Of a DNA stretch of 53,531 bases, positions 20,654 through 32,009 are shown piece after piece. A program made the translations under genes and the position numbers. The DNA lies in NCBI GenBank assembly GCA_947452755.1, contig CANGDT010000006.1, positions 1 through 53,531 on the forward strand, in the 5' to 3' direction. The stretch's first letter is position 1, and each line of letters starts with the position of its first letter. The DNA is from Actinomycetota bacterium. GTDB lineage: Bacteria > Actinomycetota > Actinomycetes > S36-B12 > UBA5976. Below the pieces are notes generated by a model. It was not told the DNA's origin. It searched no databases and saw only the letters and a list, made by a program, of their open reading frames with translations.

Positions 20654-22282
20654 CTACTCAGTCCAGCGCGGACTAGTGCTCTTTGGTGGGTAAAGCTTTT
20701 CGCGAATCAAAATGATTCCTGGCTGCTTCAAGCTGAGTGCATCACCGAGGTCTTCAACAGTTGTCTCAGTGAACGACAAACCAAACGCTTGAGCAAGAAC
20801 AGCCCAATCAGGTGACACAAGGTCAACGCCACGTTCCGGATGACCCATCACGATCTGGTCGAAGCGAAGCATTCCGTAACCGCCATCATCAACAATCAGC
20901 AATGTGTACGGAAGATTTTCCTGAACGATCGTGGCAAGTTCGCCAAGTGCAAATGCCACGCCGCCGTCTCCGCAAACAGCCAATGTTGGTGAACCATTGG
21001 CGGCTGGCCCGATAGCTGCTGGCAATCCGAATCCCAATGTTCCCCAACCAACGGGATAAACGATACGTCGTGGTCGTGGCTGAACCGCATAAACGCCAGT
21101 CCAATACCCACACACCGACATGTCGCACACGATCGTGCCGTCAGCCGGCCAATGCTGTTCAATCGCTTCAACAAGCGCAATTCCACGCTTGGATTTCTCA
21201 CCCACACGAAGTCGAGCACGCACCGTGGTATTCAACTGCGACACATCAGCCCACGAAGTGCGCGCCGGGGTTTGCGCTACTAATCCGTTTGCTACTTGTC
21301 CAATGTTGTTATGCACAACAACCGCAGTGGGATCTACATTGCGCATTGTCATTGTTGGGTCTGCGTCAACGATAACGATTTTTGCTGGCCACTTGATTGT
21401 CCAGTTTTTTGTGTTCATGCCGTCAAGTTGGCTACCCAATACAACAAGTACATCTGCCTGACCGAAAAGTTCTTCAACTTCTGGCTCATGAATTGGAGCT
21501 GTCACAATCAGGTCTGAATCTGCAGAGACTCCTTTGGCAGCAAATGACGTAATGATTGGTGCGTTCCAATGTGCTGACAATGTTGTGATTGCCTCGGATT
21601 GATCAACGGAACCGCCGCCAGCCCAAATGACAATTTTTTCCGAGCCTTCTAGTGCCGCCTTGGCAGCGCGCAGGTCAAGTGAAATAAATTCTTGTCCACG
21701 TTCAAGTGTTGGGCGAGTTCCAGTGAATGGTTGACCCAATACGTCTGCAGGAATTCCGAGGTAACCAGCGCCGGCGGGAGCACGCAACAAGTCGCGAATC
21801 ATTTCAGCGGCGACATCAACTGCAGTAACACCATCGGTCACGCTCACAGCCATGGAAACTCCATTGAGTTTCTTGGCCAGTGGAGCAAAAAGTGCGGCTT
21901 GGTCATCCATTTCGTGAAGCAGTCCTCGGGAACCGTCGGTTCCACGCTTACCGATTGGAGCTTCGGATGAAATAACAAAAATTGGGGAACCGCTGATAGC
22001 CGCTTCGCCAAATGCACCGAGGGTATTTGCTGCACCGGGGCCGGTTGTCGTGAGTGCGACTGCAATGTTTCCTGTTGTACGTGCAAGGCCATCAGCTGCA
22101 TAGGCGGTGGCTTGTTCATGCCGCACTCCAAGGATTGTTGGGCGCTGGGGTCCGAGTGCATCCCAAAATGCCAAGTTATGCACACCGGGTATCCCGAATG
22201 TGACGCGAACGTCAGCTTCCCACAGCAAGTCGAGGATGACCCCTGCAACAGTCGGGTGGCTTGGCGTGGCATTGTTAGACAT
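20654..22282 (-). CDS. Thiamine-pyrophosphate-dependent enzyme (2-oxoacid decarboxylase/acetolactate synthase-like)
   Basis: FGIPGVHNL, RHEQ, TTGPG, GTLGFGLPAAIG, GDGG...DDGGYG. Confidence 0.9.
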   Translation of the reverse strand: MSNNATPSHPTVAGVILDLLWEADVRVTFGIPGVHNLAFWDALGPQRPTILGVRHEQATAYAADGLARTTGNIAVALTTTGPGAANTLGAFGEAAISGSPIFVISSEAPIGKRGTDGSRGLLHEMDDQAALFAPLAKKLNGVSMAVSVTDGVTAVDVAAEMIRDLLRAPAGAGYLGIPADVLGQPFTGTRPTLERGQEFISLDLRAAKAALEGSEKIVIWAGGGSVDQSEAITTLSAHWNAPIITSFAAKGVSADSDLIVTAPIHEPEVEELFGQADVLVVLGSQLDGMNTKNWTIKWPAKIVIVDADPTMTMRNVDPTAVVVHNNIGQVANGLVAQTPARTSWADVSQLNTTVRARLRVGEKSKRGIALVEAIEQHWPADGTIVCDMSVCGYWTGVYAVQPRPRRIVYPVGWGTLGFGLPAAIGPAANGSPTLAVCGDGGVAFALGELATIVQENLPYTLLIVDDGGYGMLRFDQIVMGHPERGVDLVSPDWAVLAQAFGLSFTETTVEDLGDALSLKQPGIILIREKLYPPKSTSPRWTE

Positions 22283-22395
22283 AAGAGAACTTTACCGTTT
22301 ACGAATGTGGCCGATGATGTCCGCCGTTGGGTCCAATGATCCAAGGTGTGCGTACTTGGTCACACAAGATTCAGGCACCAGACGAAGGAATCACC

Positions 22396-23562
22396 ATGGC
22401 TGAGCTACCAGAAGTTGTTGACGTTGTTATTGCAGGCGGTGGCGTCATGGGTGCCTCTGCGGCATTCCATCTTGCCGAAGCAGGCGTGAGCGTCCTGCTT
22501 GTTGAAAAGAGTGAGCTTGCAAGTGGCTCAACATCTAAAGCTGCGGGTGGTGTTCGTGCGAATTTCTCTGACGAATTGAACATCGCAATGGGCGCACGTT
22601 CGTTGGACCTTTTGGCTGACTTCAATAATCGTCCAGGTCAAGAAATTGATTTACATCGTCCGGGTTACTTGTTTGCTCTGACAACACCTGAAGATGTGGC
22701 CACTTTTGAACGCTCAACAGAGTTGCATCATAAATTCGGTGTTGAATCGCGCATGCTGACTCCTCAAGAAGCACTTGAGTTGAGCCCGCTTCTCAACATT
22801 GATGATGTACTTGCCGCTTCATTCACTCCAAACGATGGCCATTGCACGCCTGAATCCGTTGTGATGGGTTATGCATCTGGCGCTCGTCGTCATGGCGCAA
22901 CTGTTCTGACAAATACTGAACTCACAGGGATCACGTTGAGTGGTAACGAAATCACTGGTGTCACAACAAGTGCAGGAAATGTGCGAACGAGTGCTGTCAT
23001 TAACTGCGCAGGTGCATGGTCGCCAACCGTTGGTGCGATGGTTGGCCTTGACTTACCTGTGGTGCCGTACCGCCGTGAACTTCTCATCACTGAACCACTG
23101 AGCGATGATTTCGCAGACTTGCCAGCAAACATGGCATTCACAATTGATTACTCAACATCGCTTTACTGGCACCGTGAAGGTAAGGGCCTGTTGATGGGAT
23201 TCTCTGATAAGACTGTCGCACCTGGTTTTGATTTCTCGCGTGATCCACAGTTCCCAGAAAAATTGGCCGAGCTTGCCTATGAACGTGCACCTCGTTTGCT
23301 TGATGTCGGTGTTGGTTCGGGTTGGTCAGGTTTGTACGAGGTCACACCAGATCACAACGCAATCCTTGGTGAATGGGGTAACGTTTCACGCTTCTTGTAT
23401 GCGACAGGTTTCAGCGGTCATGGTTTCTTGCAAGGACCAGCTATTGGTGAAATTCTGCGCGACCTGTACTTGGGCAAGCAGCCATTCGTTGACATCTCAC
23501 CGCTCAGTGCTGATCGTTTTTCTTCGGGTGGCGAACTTCGTCCCGAGAGCAACATCGTTTAA
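22396..23562 (+). CDS. FAD-dependent amine/amino-acid oxidoreductase (DAO / sarcosine oxidase beta-like)
   Basis: GGGVMG, GSTSKAAGG, TPDHNAILG, GFSGHGF; AAGGA RBS. Confidence 0.9.
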   Translation: MAELPEVVDVVIAGGGVMGASAAFHLAEAGVSVLLVEKSELASGSTSKAAGGVRANFSDELNIAMGARSLDLLADFNNRPGQEIDLHRPGYLFALTTPEDVATFERSTELHHKFGVESRMLTPQEALELSPLLNIDDVLAASFTPNDGHCTPESVVMGYASGARRHGATVLTNTELTGITLSGNEITGVTTSAGNVRTSAVINCAGAWSPTVGAMVGLDLPVVPYRRELLITEPLSDDFADLPANMAFTIDYSTSLYWHREGKGLLMGFSDKTVAPGFDFSRDPQFPEKLAELAYERAPRLLDVGVGSGWSGLYEVTPDHNAILGEWGNVSRFLYATGFSGHGFLQGPAIGEILRDLYLGKQPFVDISPLSADRFSSGGELRPESNIV

Positions 23563-23582
23563 CACCCTTGTAGTCTGACGTT

Positions 23583-24260
23583 ATGTTTTCATTAGGCGAG
23601 TGGTTACGACCCTCGCGCACAGTGCCTGTGACTCCATGGGCTGCTGGCGCTACAAACTGGAAACCGGCTCCTAAAACACTTGCTGCTTTGTTGTTTGGGT
23701 TATGGCTTTTCGGCTCAGGCGAAGCAGCACTCGTTGCTGCGAACTGCGGTGTTTCGCCCTGGGTTGTTTTCGCTCAGGGAATTTCGTTGAAGACTGGAAT
23801 GTCAATCGGCTGGTCAACATTTGTGATTTCTGTATGCGTTCTACTTTTATGGATTCCACTTCGCCGACGTCCAGGCCTCGGTACGGTACTGAACATCATT
23901 GTGATTGCCTTTGCTTTGCAGGTCATGATTCCTTTATTCCCAAGCCCCGACGCCAAATGGCTCCAAGTGGTGGAGGCATTCTTCGGCGTAGCCCTGGTCG
24001 GATTGGGTAGCGCCTTTTACATCACCAGCAACGTCGGTCCTGGTCCACGTGATGGATTGATGACCGGGCTGCATGACAAGACAGGTGTTCGTATCGGACG
24101 CGTGCGTCTAGCCATAGAAGCGATTGTGCTCGTCATCGGTTATGCGCTGGGTGGCACGGTGGGAATCGGCACTTTGATCTTTGCGCTATTTATTGGACAA
24201 AGTGTTGCCTTGTGGTTTGGCGTAGTTTCGCGACTCACTGAGCAGCCCCACACGCACTAG
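23583..24260 (+). CDS. YczE/YyaS family membrane protein
   Basis: GVSPWVVF, PGLGT, GPGPRDGLMTG, GGTVGIGT. Confidence 0.88.
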   Translation: MFSLGEWLRPSRTVPVTPWAAGATNWKPAPKTLAALLFGLWLFGSGEAALVAANCGVSPWVVFAQGISLKTGMSIGWSTFVISVCVLLLWIPLRRRPGLGTVLNIIVIAFALQVMIPLFPSPDAKWLQVVEAFFGVALVGLGSAFYITSNVGPGPRDGLMTGLHDKTGVRIGRVRLAIEAIVLVIGYALGGTVGIGTLIFALFIGQSVALWFGVVSRLTEQPHTH

Positions 24261-25210
24261 CTGTGTTCTGGTCGCGCTTTCTCTGCGACATACACACCTA
24301 CGAGCATGACAATGCCACCAATCATCTGAACGATGTCTAACGATTCGCCCAACACAACCCAAGCAATGATGAATGCAACGAGCGGCTCAAACATGCCAAT
24401 TAGACTCGCACCAGCTGCACCAAGATGACGAATTGCCATCACAACTAAAACAAAAGGTACAACGGTTCCTGCGATGACCATGTAGGCGATGAGAATCCAC
24501 ATCGGCACCTGCATCTCGGATGACGTAAATGGCGTCACCGTTCCATGAAGTGCTGACCAAGGGAACGAGGACCACGGAGCAATGATCGCCCAAAAAATTG
24601 TGGCAAATCCAAAGCCCCACATGATGAGCGAAACCGGATCGCGACGCTTAGATGCTTTTTCGCCAAGCAAGAAATAAAACACTAATGACGTAGTTGCCAA
24701 CATCGCAGCAATCATGCCGACAGCATCCAGTGTGAATCCATTCCACACTTGGGCTACAAGTGCTAGACCGCCGACGGCGAGACCAAGACCAAGCCACACG
24801 CTGGATCGCACATGTTGCTTACGACCGAACCGAATCCATAGCACCACAAAAATTGGGGCAGTAAATTCGATCAGCAAGGTGATGCCTACGGGCATTTTGC
24901 TGATTGCAACAAAATATGCCCACTGGGTGACCGTGATTCCAAACAAGCTGTAAACAAGCAGAACGGGGATTTCCGCCTTTTCGAGTTTGAAGGCCTTGCG
25001 GTTGGTCAGCGCAACGAAAACAAAAAGAATGATGAATGCGAAGGTGGTGCGAATTTGCGATACCCGAACTGCATCGCCAACTTGAAGCAGAATTACTTTG
25101 CTGACTGTTCCGTTGATTCCCCAAATTGTGGCGGCCGACAAATACAGCAGGTAACCCAGTTTTTCACTTCGGTGGAAGGCCGGAGCGGTGTCCGAAGTAT
25201 TCGTCGTCAT
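24257..25210 (-). CDS. EamA/DMT family transporter
   Basis: About 10 hydrophobic segments, IEFTAP, FEPLVA...LGE; ATGA overlap with glgA. Confidence 0.9.
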   Translation of the reverse strand: MTTNTSDTAPAFHRSEKLGYLLYLSAATIWGINGTVSKVILLQVGDAVRVSQIRTTFAFIILFVFVALTNRKAFKLEKAEIPVLLVYSLFGITVTQWAYFVAISKMPVGITLLIEFTAPIFVVLWIRFGRKQHVRSSVWLGLGLAVGGLALVAQVWNGFTLDAVGMIAAMLATTSLVFYFLLGEKASKRRDPVSLIMWGFGFATIFWAIIAPWSSFPWSALHGTVTPFTSSEMQVPMWILIAYMVIAGTVVPFVLVVMAIRHLGAAGASLIGMFEPLVAFIIAWVVLGESLDIVQMIGGIVMLVGVYVAEKARPEHS

Positions 25211-26373
25211 TGACTGAAGTGCTCCAAGGCCTCTTGGTAGACGGAGATCGTCTCTCGAGCGATTCTATCCCAGCCAAATTCTTTCACTGCGCGCTCGCGT
25301 CCTGCTGCACCCATTGCTCGTGCCCGATTCGTATCACCGAGGACGCTGCCGAGTGCATTGGCAAAGTCAGTTTCGAAAGCGGCCGTATCGTTTTCGTCGT
25401 AATGCACTAGCAGGCCGGTAGCTCCATCCACAACAACTTCTGGAATGCCGCCGACATCACTAGCTACGACAGCAACTTCACAGGCCATTGCTTCAAGGTT
25501 CACGATGCCGAGTGGTTCGTAAATAGAAGGACAAGCGAATACGGCGGCATGTGACAAAACTTGTACCAGTTCTGGTCGAGGCAACTGATCTTTGATCCAG
25601 TGCACACCGGTGCGTGTGGCCGCAAGTTTGGCAATTTGTTCAGATACTTCGTCGCCAAGTTCTGGAGTATCCGGTGACGAGGCACAGATAACCAATGCGA
25701 ATTCAGCCGGCAGCATTTCAGCAGCGCGCAGCAAATGCATAATGCCCTTTTGCCGAGTGATGCGACCTACGAACAACACGTATGGCCGTTCGGGGTCGAT
25801 GCCGTTTGACGTTAGCGCAGATGTGTCATTGACGCGTTGCACGGATTCAGTGTTGATGCCGTTATAAACAACTTTGACTTTTTCAGGATCAATATCGGGG
25901 TAGCACTCGAGAATGTCATTGCGCATTCCGTTGCTGACGGCGATGACTGCATCTGCAGCCAAATACGCTGTGACTTCAGCCCATGAGGACACCGCGTATC
26001 CACCACCAAGCTGTTCGGCTTTCCATGGACGCCGTGGTTCTAGTGAATGGGCAGTCAGAATGTGCGGACGACTATAAAGCAAACCACCAATGTGGCCGGC
26101 CATATTTGCGTACCAGGTGTGTGAATGAATGACATCCGCGTTTGCCAAGTCACCCATCATGGACAGGTTGGTGCCCAGCACTTGGATGGCGGCATTTGCG
26201 CTAGCGAGTTCGGACGGGGTTGCGTAAGTGAGTGCACCTTCTTTAGGCGCTCCAAAGGCATGAACATCAACAGTTTCAAGTTTGCGGAGCTCTTCAACGA
26301 GGTGCTCAACGTGAACGCCCGCACCACCATAGATATCGGGTGGCCATTCTTTGGTAACAATTGAAATACGCAC
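25207..26373 (-). CDS. glgA: Actinobacterial GlgA/GlgM glycosyltransferase (ADP-glucose-dependent maltose-1-phosphate synthase)
   Basis: EWPPDIYGGAGVHV, HSHTWY, HSLEPRRPWKAEQLGGGY, YEPLGIVNLEA; divergent from glgC. Confidence 0.94.
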   Translation of the reverse strand: MRISIVTKEWPPDIYGGAGVHVEHLVEELRKLETVDVHAFGAPKEGALTYATPSELASANAAIQVLGTNLSMMGDLANADVIHSHTWYANMAGHIGGLLYSRPHILTAHSLEPRRPWKAEQLGGGYAVSSWAEVTAYLAADAVIAVSNGMRNDILECYPDIDPEKVKVVYNGINTESVQRVNDTSALTSNGIDPERPYVLFVGRITRQKGIMHLLRAAEMLPAEFALVICASSPDTPELGDEVSEQIAKLAATRTGVHWIKDQLPRPELVQVLSHAAVFACPSIYEPLGIVNLEAMACEVAVVASDVGGIPEVVVDGATGLLVHYDENDTAAFETDFANALGSVLGDTNRARAMGAAGRERAVKEFGWDRIARETISVYQEALEHFSQ

Positions 26374-26407
26374 ACCCCAACCCTAGAGGTTTCACTAGGC
26401 TTAGCGT
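26374..26407. promoter_or_regulatory. Back-to-back leaderless promoters of glgA and glgC
   Basis: TAGGGT (minus strand, 26380-26385) and TAGGCT (plus strand, 26396-26401), each 6 nt from a GTG start. Confidence 0.7.
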
Positions 26408-27628
26408 GTGCGTAGTCGTCATAACGTCTTAAGCATCGTGCTTGCCGGTGGTGAAGGTAAGCGTCTGATGCCGTTGACGGCTGACCGAGCCAAACCAGCA
26501 GTCCCATTTGGCGGGTCGTATCGTCTTGTTGACTTTGTTTTGTCGAATCTTGTTAACGCTGGATATCTACGAATCTGTGTGTTGACCCAGTACAAATCGC
26601 ATTCCCTTGACCGTCACATCACAACAACGTGGCGTGTGGGCAGCATGCTCGGTGACTACGTCACACCGGTTCCGGCTCAGCAGCGGCTCGGCCCGCGTTG
26701 GTACACCGGATCTGCGGATGCGATTTATCAAAGTTTGAATTTGGTTTATGACGAGATGCCGGACTACGTCGTTGTGTTTGGTGCTGATCACGTGTACCGC
26801 ATGGATCCCGAGCAGATGGTCGAGGCGCACATTGCATCTGGCGCGAGTGTCACCGTCGCTGGAATTCGCGTAGCTAAATCTGAAGCAAGCAGTTTTGGAA
26901 TCATTAAGACCGATGCCAGCGGCACAAAGATTACTGAGTTCTTAGAAAAGCCTGCAGATCCACCAACTGTCCCAGGCTCTCCAGATGAATGCTTTGCATC
27001 GATGGGTAATTATGTGTTCAGCACGGATGCACTGATTGATGCATTGCGTACAGATGCACTTGATGAGACGTCTATCCATGACATGGGTAGCAACATCATT
27101 CCAATGCTGACCGAACGTGGCGAAGCAAACGTTTATGACTTCGCATTGAATGAAGTCCCGGGCACAACTGACCGTGACCGAGGTTATTGGCGGGATGTTG
27201 GAACATTAGACGCGTATCACGATGCGCACATGGACCTGGTATCTGTGCATCCAATTTTTAACTTGTACAACCGTGAGTGGCCAATCCTCACATCGTTGCC
27301 ACCTTTAGCGCCAGCAAAGTTTGTTCAGGGCGGAAATGCACATGAATCCATCGTGGGTGCAGGCTCAATCATTTCTGGTGCGCATGTGCGATCGTCAGTT
27401 GTATCGCATGAAGTGCGTGTGCAAGACGGTGCCTACGTCGATGGTGCAGTTCTAATGCCTGGTGTGCGCATTGGCCGCGGCGCTGTTATTCGCCGCGCGA
27501 TTTTGGATAAGAACGTAGTTGTCCCGGATGGTGCACAAATCGGCGTTGATCTCGATCGTGATCGCGAGCTCTACACCGTCAGCGACAGTGGCATTGTGAT
27601 CCTAGGCAAAGGCCAACGCGTACTTTAA
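26408..27628 (+). CDS. glgC: Glucose-1-phosphate adenylyltransferase
   Basis: [38 protein letters not shown]. Confidence 0.97.
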   Translation: MRSRHNVLSIVLAGGEGKRLMPLTADRAKPAVPFGGSYRLVDFVLSNLVNAGYLRICVLTQYKSHSLDRHITTTWRVGSMLGDYVTPVPAQQRLGPRWYTGSADAIYQSLNLVYDEMPDYVVVFGADHVYRMDPEQMVEAHIASGASVTVAGIRVAKSEASSFGIIKTDASGTKITEFLEKPADPPTVPGSPDECFASMGNYVFSTDALIDALRTDALDETSIHDMGSNIIPMLTERGEANVYDFALNEVPGTTDRDRGYWRDVGTLDAYHDAHMDLVSVHPIFNLYNREWPILTSLPPLAPAKFVQGGNAHESIVGAGSIISGAHVRSSVVSHEVRVQDGAYVDGAVLMPGVRIGRGAVIRRAILDKNVVVPDGAQIGVDLDRDRELYTVSDSGIVILGKGQRVL

Positions 27629-27640
27629 TTTGTGACGGTT

Positions 27641-28585
27641 CTACATTCCGTGGATGTGAACTTCAACGGCCAAAATTCTCTGCAAATCAAGGAAATCGCG
27701 ATGATAAACAACCATCGAACCAGGACTTAATGCCGGATCAAAAAGCTCAGAGTTCGCCGAAATATTGACCAGTGATTCATCAAGAATGAATTCTGCCTTC
27801 AGCGCTTTCATGACGGTCGGAAGTACAGGACGGTGTGTACAAATTACCGTGGGTTGATCCGCGTAGGCCAATTCTGCGATTCGAGTTTTTGCTGCCTCGG
27901 AGTCCTCTTTGTGGCGCTCTTCGCTGATTGTCGCTTCTAACCCAATCGGCAAACTTCGAGCGGTTGCGTAGGGTCCCACTGTGTCGCGGCAACGTGTTGA
28001 GTCGGAAGTGTGAATGTACGAAACGCCATAGGCGGCAAGTGCAGGTACGACACCAGCTGCTTGGATTCGGCCAACTGCTGTTAAAGGGCGGTCCGCATCG
28101 CGGTTCGAGCGATTCGATAATGACACGGTCCAGTCGGCACGCTTCATGGCTTGGGTATGACGCATGACAATCAGCGGTGAAGTAGCCCGACCATTTTTTG
28201 CAGCATCAATAACATCGGCATCGTGTTCGTATGTGAGAAGTGCGCGTGCCTGCTTAAATGGCAGCCAACGAATTTCATCAACTTCATTGTTAGGAACAAA
28301 GTCTCCAGCGAGAACTTCGGCATGCCAGTAGTTCACAATTTTTGGTTTGCCATTTGCTTTGTAACTCTGGGTAGGAAGCGGAAGTCCAAGCTGAATTGCG
28401 TAACCGGTTTCTTCGCGAACTTCGCGGATTGCTGCGCCTGCAATATCTTCGGCGGGATCCAGTTTCCCTTTCGGAAATGACCAATCATCGCGATAACTAC
28501 GATGCACCAATAAATATTCACGCGCATTGCCTTCGCCACGAGTAATTACCGCGCCGGCAGCACGTACGGTCTTATCGATCGCCAC
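27641..28585 (-). CDS. mutT1: MutT1-like Nudix hydrolase fused to histidine phosphatase domain
   Basis: [10 protein letters not shown]...REVREETG Nudix box; MRH...DRPLT...RCRDT...CTH phosphatase motifs; follows ppk1. Confidence 0.88.
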   Translation of the reverse strand: MAIDKTVRAAGAVITRGEGNAREYLLVHRSYRDDWSFPKGKLDPAEDIAGAAIREVREETGYAIQLGLPLPTQSYKANGKPKIVNYWHAEVLAGDFVPNNEVDEIRWLPFKQARALLTYEHDADVIDAAKNGRATSPLIVMRHTQAMKRADWTVSLSNRSNRDADRPLTAVGRIQAAGVVPALAAYGVSYIHTSDSTRCRDTVGPYATARSLPIGLEATISEERHKEDSEAAKTRIAELAYADQPTVICTHRPVLPTVMKALKAEFILDESLVNISANSELFDPALSPGSMVVYHRDFLDLQRILAVEVHIHGM

Positions 28586-30746
28586 GAATACCCACCATGT
28601 TCAGAAGCGTATTGAACATTCGGGGTGTAGCAATTTCTGCCGGGGGCTTACTCACAGGATGACTCTTGATCAGTTGCTCTTGGTAGTCATCTAAAGGTTC
28701 GTCTTCAGTTCCCAGGTACACACGCGTCCAGGTGCCATCTGGATTGAGGTGCCATGAGGCGGTTGTGTCAGCCATTGCAAAATCCAAAGTTTCGGAAATT
28801 GAGTTTCCATCATTTGAGTTAAGCAAAACTACACATTCGACTCGACGATCAAGGTTGCGGTGCATCATGTCTGGTGAACCAATCCACGTTTCTTGCTCGC
28901 CAGCGTTTTCGAATTCGTAGACGCGACTGTGTTCCAAAAAGCGGCCCAAGATGCTGCGCACTCGAATGTTCTCCGAGAGTCCGGGTACACCGGGACGTAA
29001 TGCGCAAATACCGCGCACAACCACATCAACTTGTACGCCCGCGTTTGACGCACGATACAGGGCATCAAGAATCGCTTCGTCCACTAGAGAATTGCACTTG
29101 AAGCGGATGCGTGCTGTTTTGCCCTGTTGTGCGTGAGCGATTTCGCGTTCAATTTTTTCAACCAGCCCGGTTCGCAACTCGCGTGGTGCAACCATCAGAC
29201 GGTTGTAGTCACCCTGCACGCCGTATCCGGAAAGGTGATTGAACAAACTCGCGACGTCTTCGCCGACTTTGGGATCGCTAGTTAATAATCCGTAATCTTC
29301 ATAAACACGTGCGGTTTTGGGATTGTAGTTACCCGTACCGATGTGCACATAGCGATTTAGACGGCCGTGGTCGTTACGGACCACCATGCACAACTTGGCA
29401 TGAGTTTTCAGTCCGACAATCCCATACACAACATGTACGCCGGCTTCTTCAAGCTTGCGTGCCCAGTCGATGTTGTTTTGTTCGTCAAAACGGGCCTTGA
29501 TTTCGACAACAGCGAGTACTTGCTTGCCCGCTTCTGCTGCTGCAATTAACGCATCCACAATCGGGGAGTCACCCGATGTGCGATACAGCGTTTGCTTAAT
29601 CGCTAGAACGTTTGGATCAACAGATGCTTGCTCAAGAAACGCTTGCATGCTGGTTGAGAACGAGTCGTATGGGTGGTGAAGTAACACATCACGATGGCGC
29701 ATCACTTCGAGAATGTCAGGCGCTGACGATGATTCAACTTCGGAAAGTGCGCTACTTGTGCGGCCAACAAATGGTGGCAGCTTAAGATCATCGCGATTAA
29801 GTTTCTGCAATTCAAACAGCGCACGAAGATCTAACATGCCATTCAGTCGGTAGACCTCATTGTCATTGACACCAAGTTCACCAATCAGCATTTCCAAAAT
29901 CTTTGGGTCGATTGATTGTTCAACCTCAAGTCGAACTGGTGGACCGAAGCGGCGGCGCATCAATTCGCGTTCGAGTGCCTGCAACAAATTTTCGGCGTCA
30001 TCTTCTTCGACTTCAAGTTCTTCATTTCGAGTAACGCGAAATGTGTGATTCTGAATTACTTCCATGCCTGGGAACAACATGTGCACATGACCAGCGATGA
30101 CATCTTCAAGTGGAACGTAACGTTCAGTTCCTACTTCGATGAATCGTGGAAGTGATGGTGGAACTTTTACGCGCGCAAAAAGTTCGTAACCAGATTCGGG
30201 GTTGCGCACCACGACTGCCAGGTTCAACGACAAACCTGAAATGTAGGGGAAAGGATGTGATGGGTCGACAGCCAGCGGCGTCAGTACAGGAAAAACCTGA
30301 GTTTCAAAAAGAGTTGTGAGATCAGCACGCTCGGTGGGTGTGACATCTTCCCAACGCAAAATTTGAATGCCGCTCGCCAGCAAAGTCGGTAAGACAGATT
30401 CAGTAAAAGTTGCTGCATGCTCTTGCATCAGTTCATACGAGCGAGCAAGGACGTTGTCGTAAAGCTCCCGTGGCATAGAGCCGCTCGCCGACTTCACAGC
30501 CATTCCCGCGGCAATTCGACGCTTAAGACCGGCGATGCGCACCATGAAAAATTCGTCCAGGTTACTAGCGAAAATTGCTAAATACTTAGCCCGCTCCAGA
30601 ATTGCCATCTCTTCATCTTGGGCAAGTTCGAGAACGCGTTGGTTGAATGCAAGCCAAGAAAGTTCGCGATCCAAATAGCGATCGGCAGGCAAGCCAATGC
30701 TGGTCGCGGCTGTGATCTTGGTGATTTCCATCGTTTCGTCAGACAT
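28572..30746 (-). CDS. ppk1: Polyphosphate kinase 1 (start uncertain: 30746 or 30731)
   Basis: [53 protein letters not shown]. Confidence 0.96.
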   Translation of the reverse strand: MSDETMEITKITAATSIGLPADRYLDRELSWLAFNQRVLELAQDEEMAILERAKYLAIFASNLDEFFMVRIAGLKRRIAAGMAVKSASGSMPRELYDNVLARSYELMQEHAATFTESVLPTLLASGIQILRWEDVTPTERADLTTLFETQVFPVLTPLAVDPSHPFPYISGLSLNLAVVVRNPESGYELFARVKVPPSLPRFIEVGTERYVPLEDVIAGHVHMLFPGMEVIQNHTFRVTRNEELEVEEDDAENLLQALERELMRRRFGPPVRLEVEQSIDPKILEMLIGELGVNDNEVYRLNGMLDLRALFELQKLNRDDLKLPPFVGRTSSALSEVESSSAPDILEVMRHRDVLLHHPYDSFSTSMQAFLEQASVDPNVLAIKQTLYRTSGDSPIVDALIAAAEAGKQVLAVVEIKARFDEQNNIDWARKLEEAGVHVVYGIVGLKTHAKLCMVVRNDHGRLNRYVHIGTGNYNPKTARVYEDYGLLTSDPKVGEDVASLFNHLSGYGVQGDYNRLMVAPRELRTGLVEKIEREIAHAQQGKTARIRFKCNSLVDEAILDALYRASNAGVQVDVVVRGICALRPGVPGLSENIRVRSILGRFLEHSRVYEFENAGEQETWIGSPDMMHRNLDRRVECVVLLNSNDGNSISETLDFAMADTTASWHLNPDGTWTRVYLGTEDEPLDDYQEQLIKSHPVSKPPAEIATPRMFNTLLNMVGIRGDR

Positions 30747-30850
30747 AATGCCATAAGCGTTGCACACTTTGGTTAACAAGAAACCGCGAAAAATGGACTC
30801 AGAGCCATTCTCAAGGTGAACAAATCCATGAGTAATGCCATGATGAAAGA

Positions 30851-32008
30851 GTGACGAGACAGATTGTGATCATGGGTTCGGGCGAAACGAGCCCCACAAT
30901 GGTCACCCCGCATCAAAATTTGCTTGCCGACACCCCAAAAACCCCAAAATCAATGGTTTTTTTGGACACTCCATTTGGTTTCCAAGAAAATGCCGATGAC
31001 CTGACCAAACGCATCATTGAGTACTTCGCGCATTCCGTCGGACATGTACCAACCCCAGTGTCGTTACGCAATGCCCAGGTGTCTGGCAGCGAGCTCGGTC
31101 AAGCGGTCAACGCCATTCGCGAAGCATCCTGGCTATTTGCCGGTCCCGGAAGCCCGTCGTATGCCTTGAAAGTGTGGCAGGAACTAGGCGTCAATCCGCA
31201 CCTAGATGCTGTGCTGTCCCGCGGCACTCTCGTGTTCGCTTCGGCTGCAGCTCTGACTGTTGGATCGCACACCATGCCCGTATATGAAATGTACAAAGTT
31301 GGCGAAGAACCGCATTGGCTTGAGGGCCTGAATTTAATGGAACGTCATACCGGAATGCCCGCAGCTGTCATTCCGCACTACGACAACACCGAAGGTCAAA
31401 ACCATGACACTCGGTTCTGTTACATCGGTGAACGTCGACTTCGCATTTTGGAATCTTTGCTCCCTGAAGAGACTTTCATTATCGGTGTTGACGAACACAC
31501 TGGAATTAGTTTTGACCTCGACTTGCGCATTGCTCGTGTATTTGGTCGTGGACAAATGACTATTCGTCATCACGGTGAATCGTGGACGGTAAATTCGGGT
31601 GGCAGCGCGACGTTTGACGAAATCATTTCGCACACAGGCAGTCACATTGTTCTTGGCGAACCAGCACCGTTATTTAAAGTTGACCCAAGTCGCGTGGAAG
31701 AGATGCTCGAGTCCGGCGATGTGTCGTCCGCAGTGAATGCATTGTTGGACCTTGACGAAGTAGATCGCGATTTTGAAACCCGTGCTGCTGTTCATGCGCT
31801 TGTCACACGTTTGGGGCATTTGGCTGCAAGCCCGCGCGTGGATCTTCAGTCTGTAGTTGGTCCCTATATAGAGGCACTCTTACAAGCTCGGCAAGCCGCT
31901 CGTGCTGGTGGACGTTGGGATGAGGCGGATCAAATCCGTGATCAGTTGACCGAGATGAAAGTTGTTATCAAGGATTCAGCCGACGGTTCAACGTGGGAGA
32001 TTCACTAA
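30851..32008 (+). CDS. Peptidase S51/cyanophycinase-like (class I GATase fold) protein with C-terminal CysRS anticodon-binding-like domain
   Basis: MGSGE, FAGPGSP, FASAAA, IPHYD, GVDEHT; C-terminus [37 protein letters not shown]. Confidence 0.75.
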   Translation: MTRQIVIMGSGETSPTMVTPHQNLLADTPKTPKSMVFLDTPFGFQENADDLTKRIIEYFAHSVGHVPTPVSLRNAQVSGSELGQAVNAIREASWLFAGPGSPSYALKVWQELGVNPHLDAVLSRGTLVFASAAALTVGSHTMPVYEMYKVGEEPHWLEGLNLMERHTGMPAAVIPHYDNTEGQNHDTRFCYIGERRLRILESLLPEETFIIGVDEHTGISFDLDLRIARVFGRGQMTIRHHGESWTVNSGGSATFDEIISHTGSHIVLGEPAPLFKVDPSRVEEMLESGDVSSAVNALLDLDEVDRDFETRAAVHALVTRLGHLAASPRVDLQSVVGPYIEALLQARQAARAGGRWDEADQIRDQLTEMKVVIKDSADGSTWEIH

Positions 32009-32009
32009 C

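Noticed and set aside
30851-32008. cysS gene or cysS pseudogene
   Set aside because: No HIGH or KMSKS catalytic motifs; only the short C-terminal domain resembles CysRS and the ORF is intact
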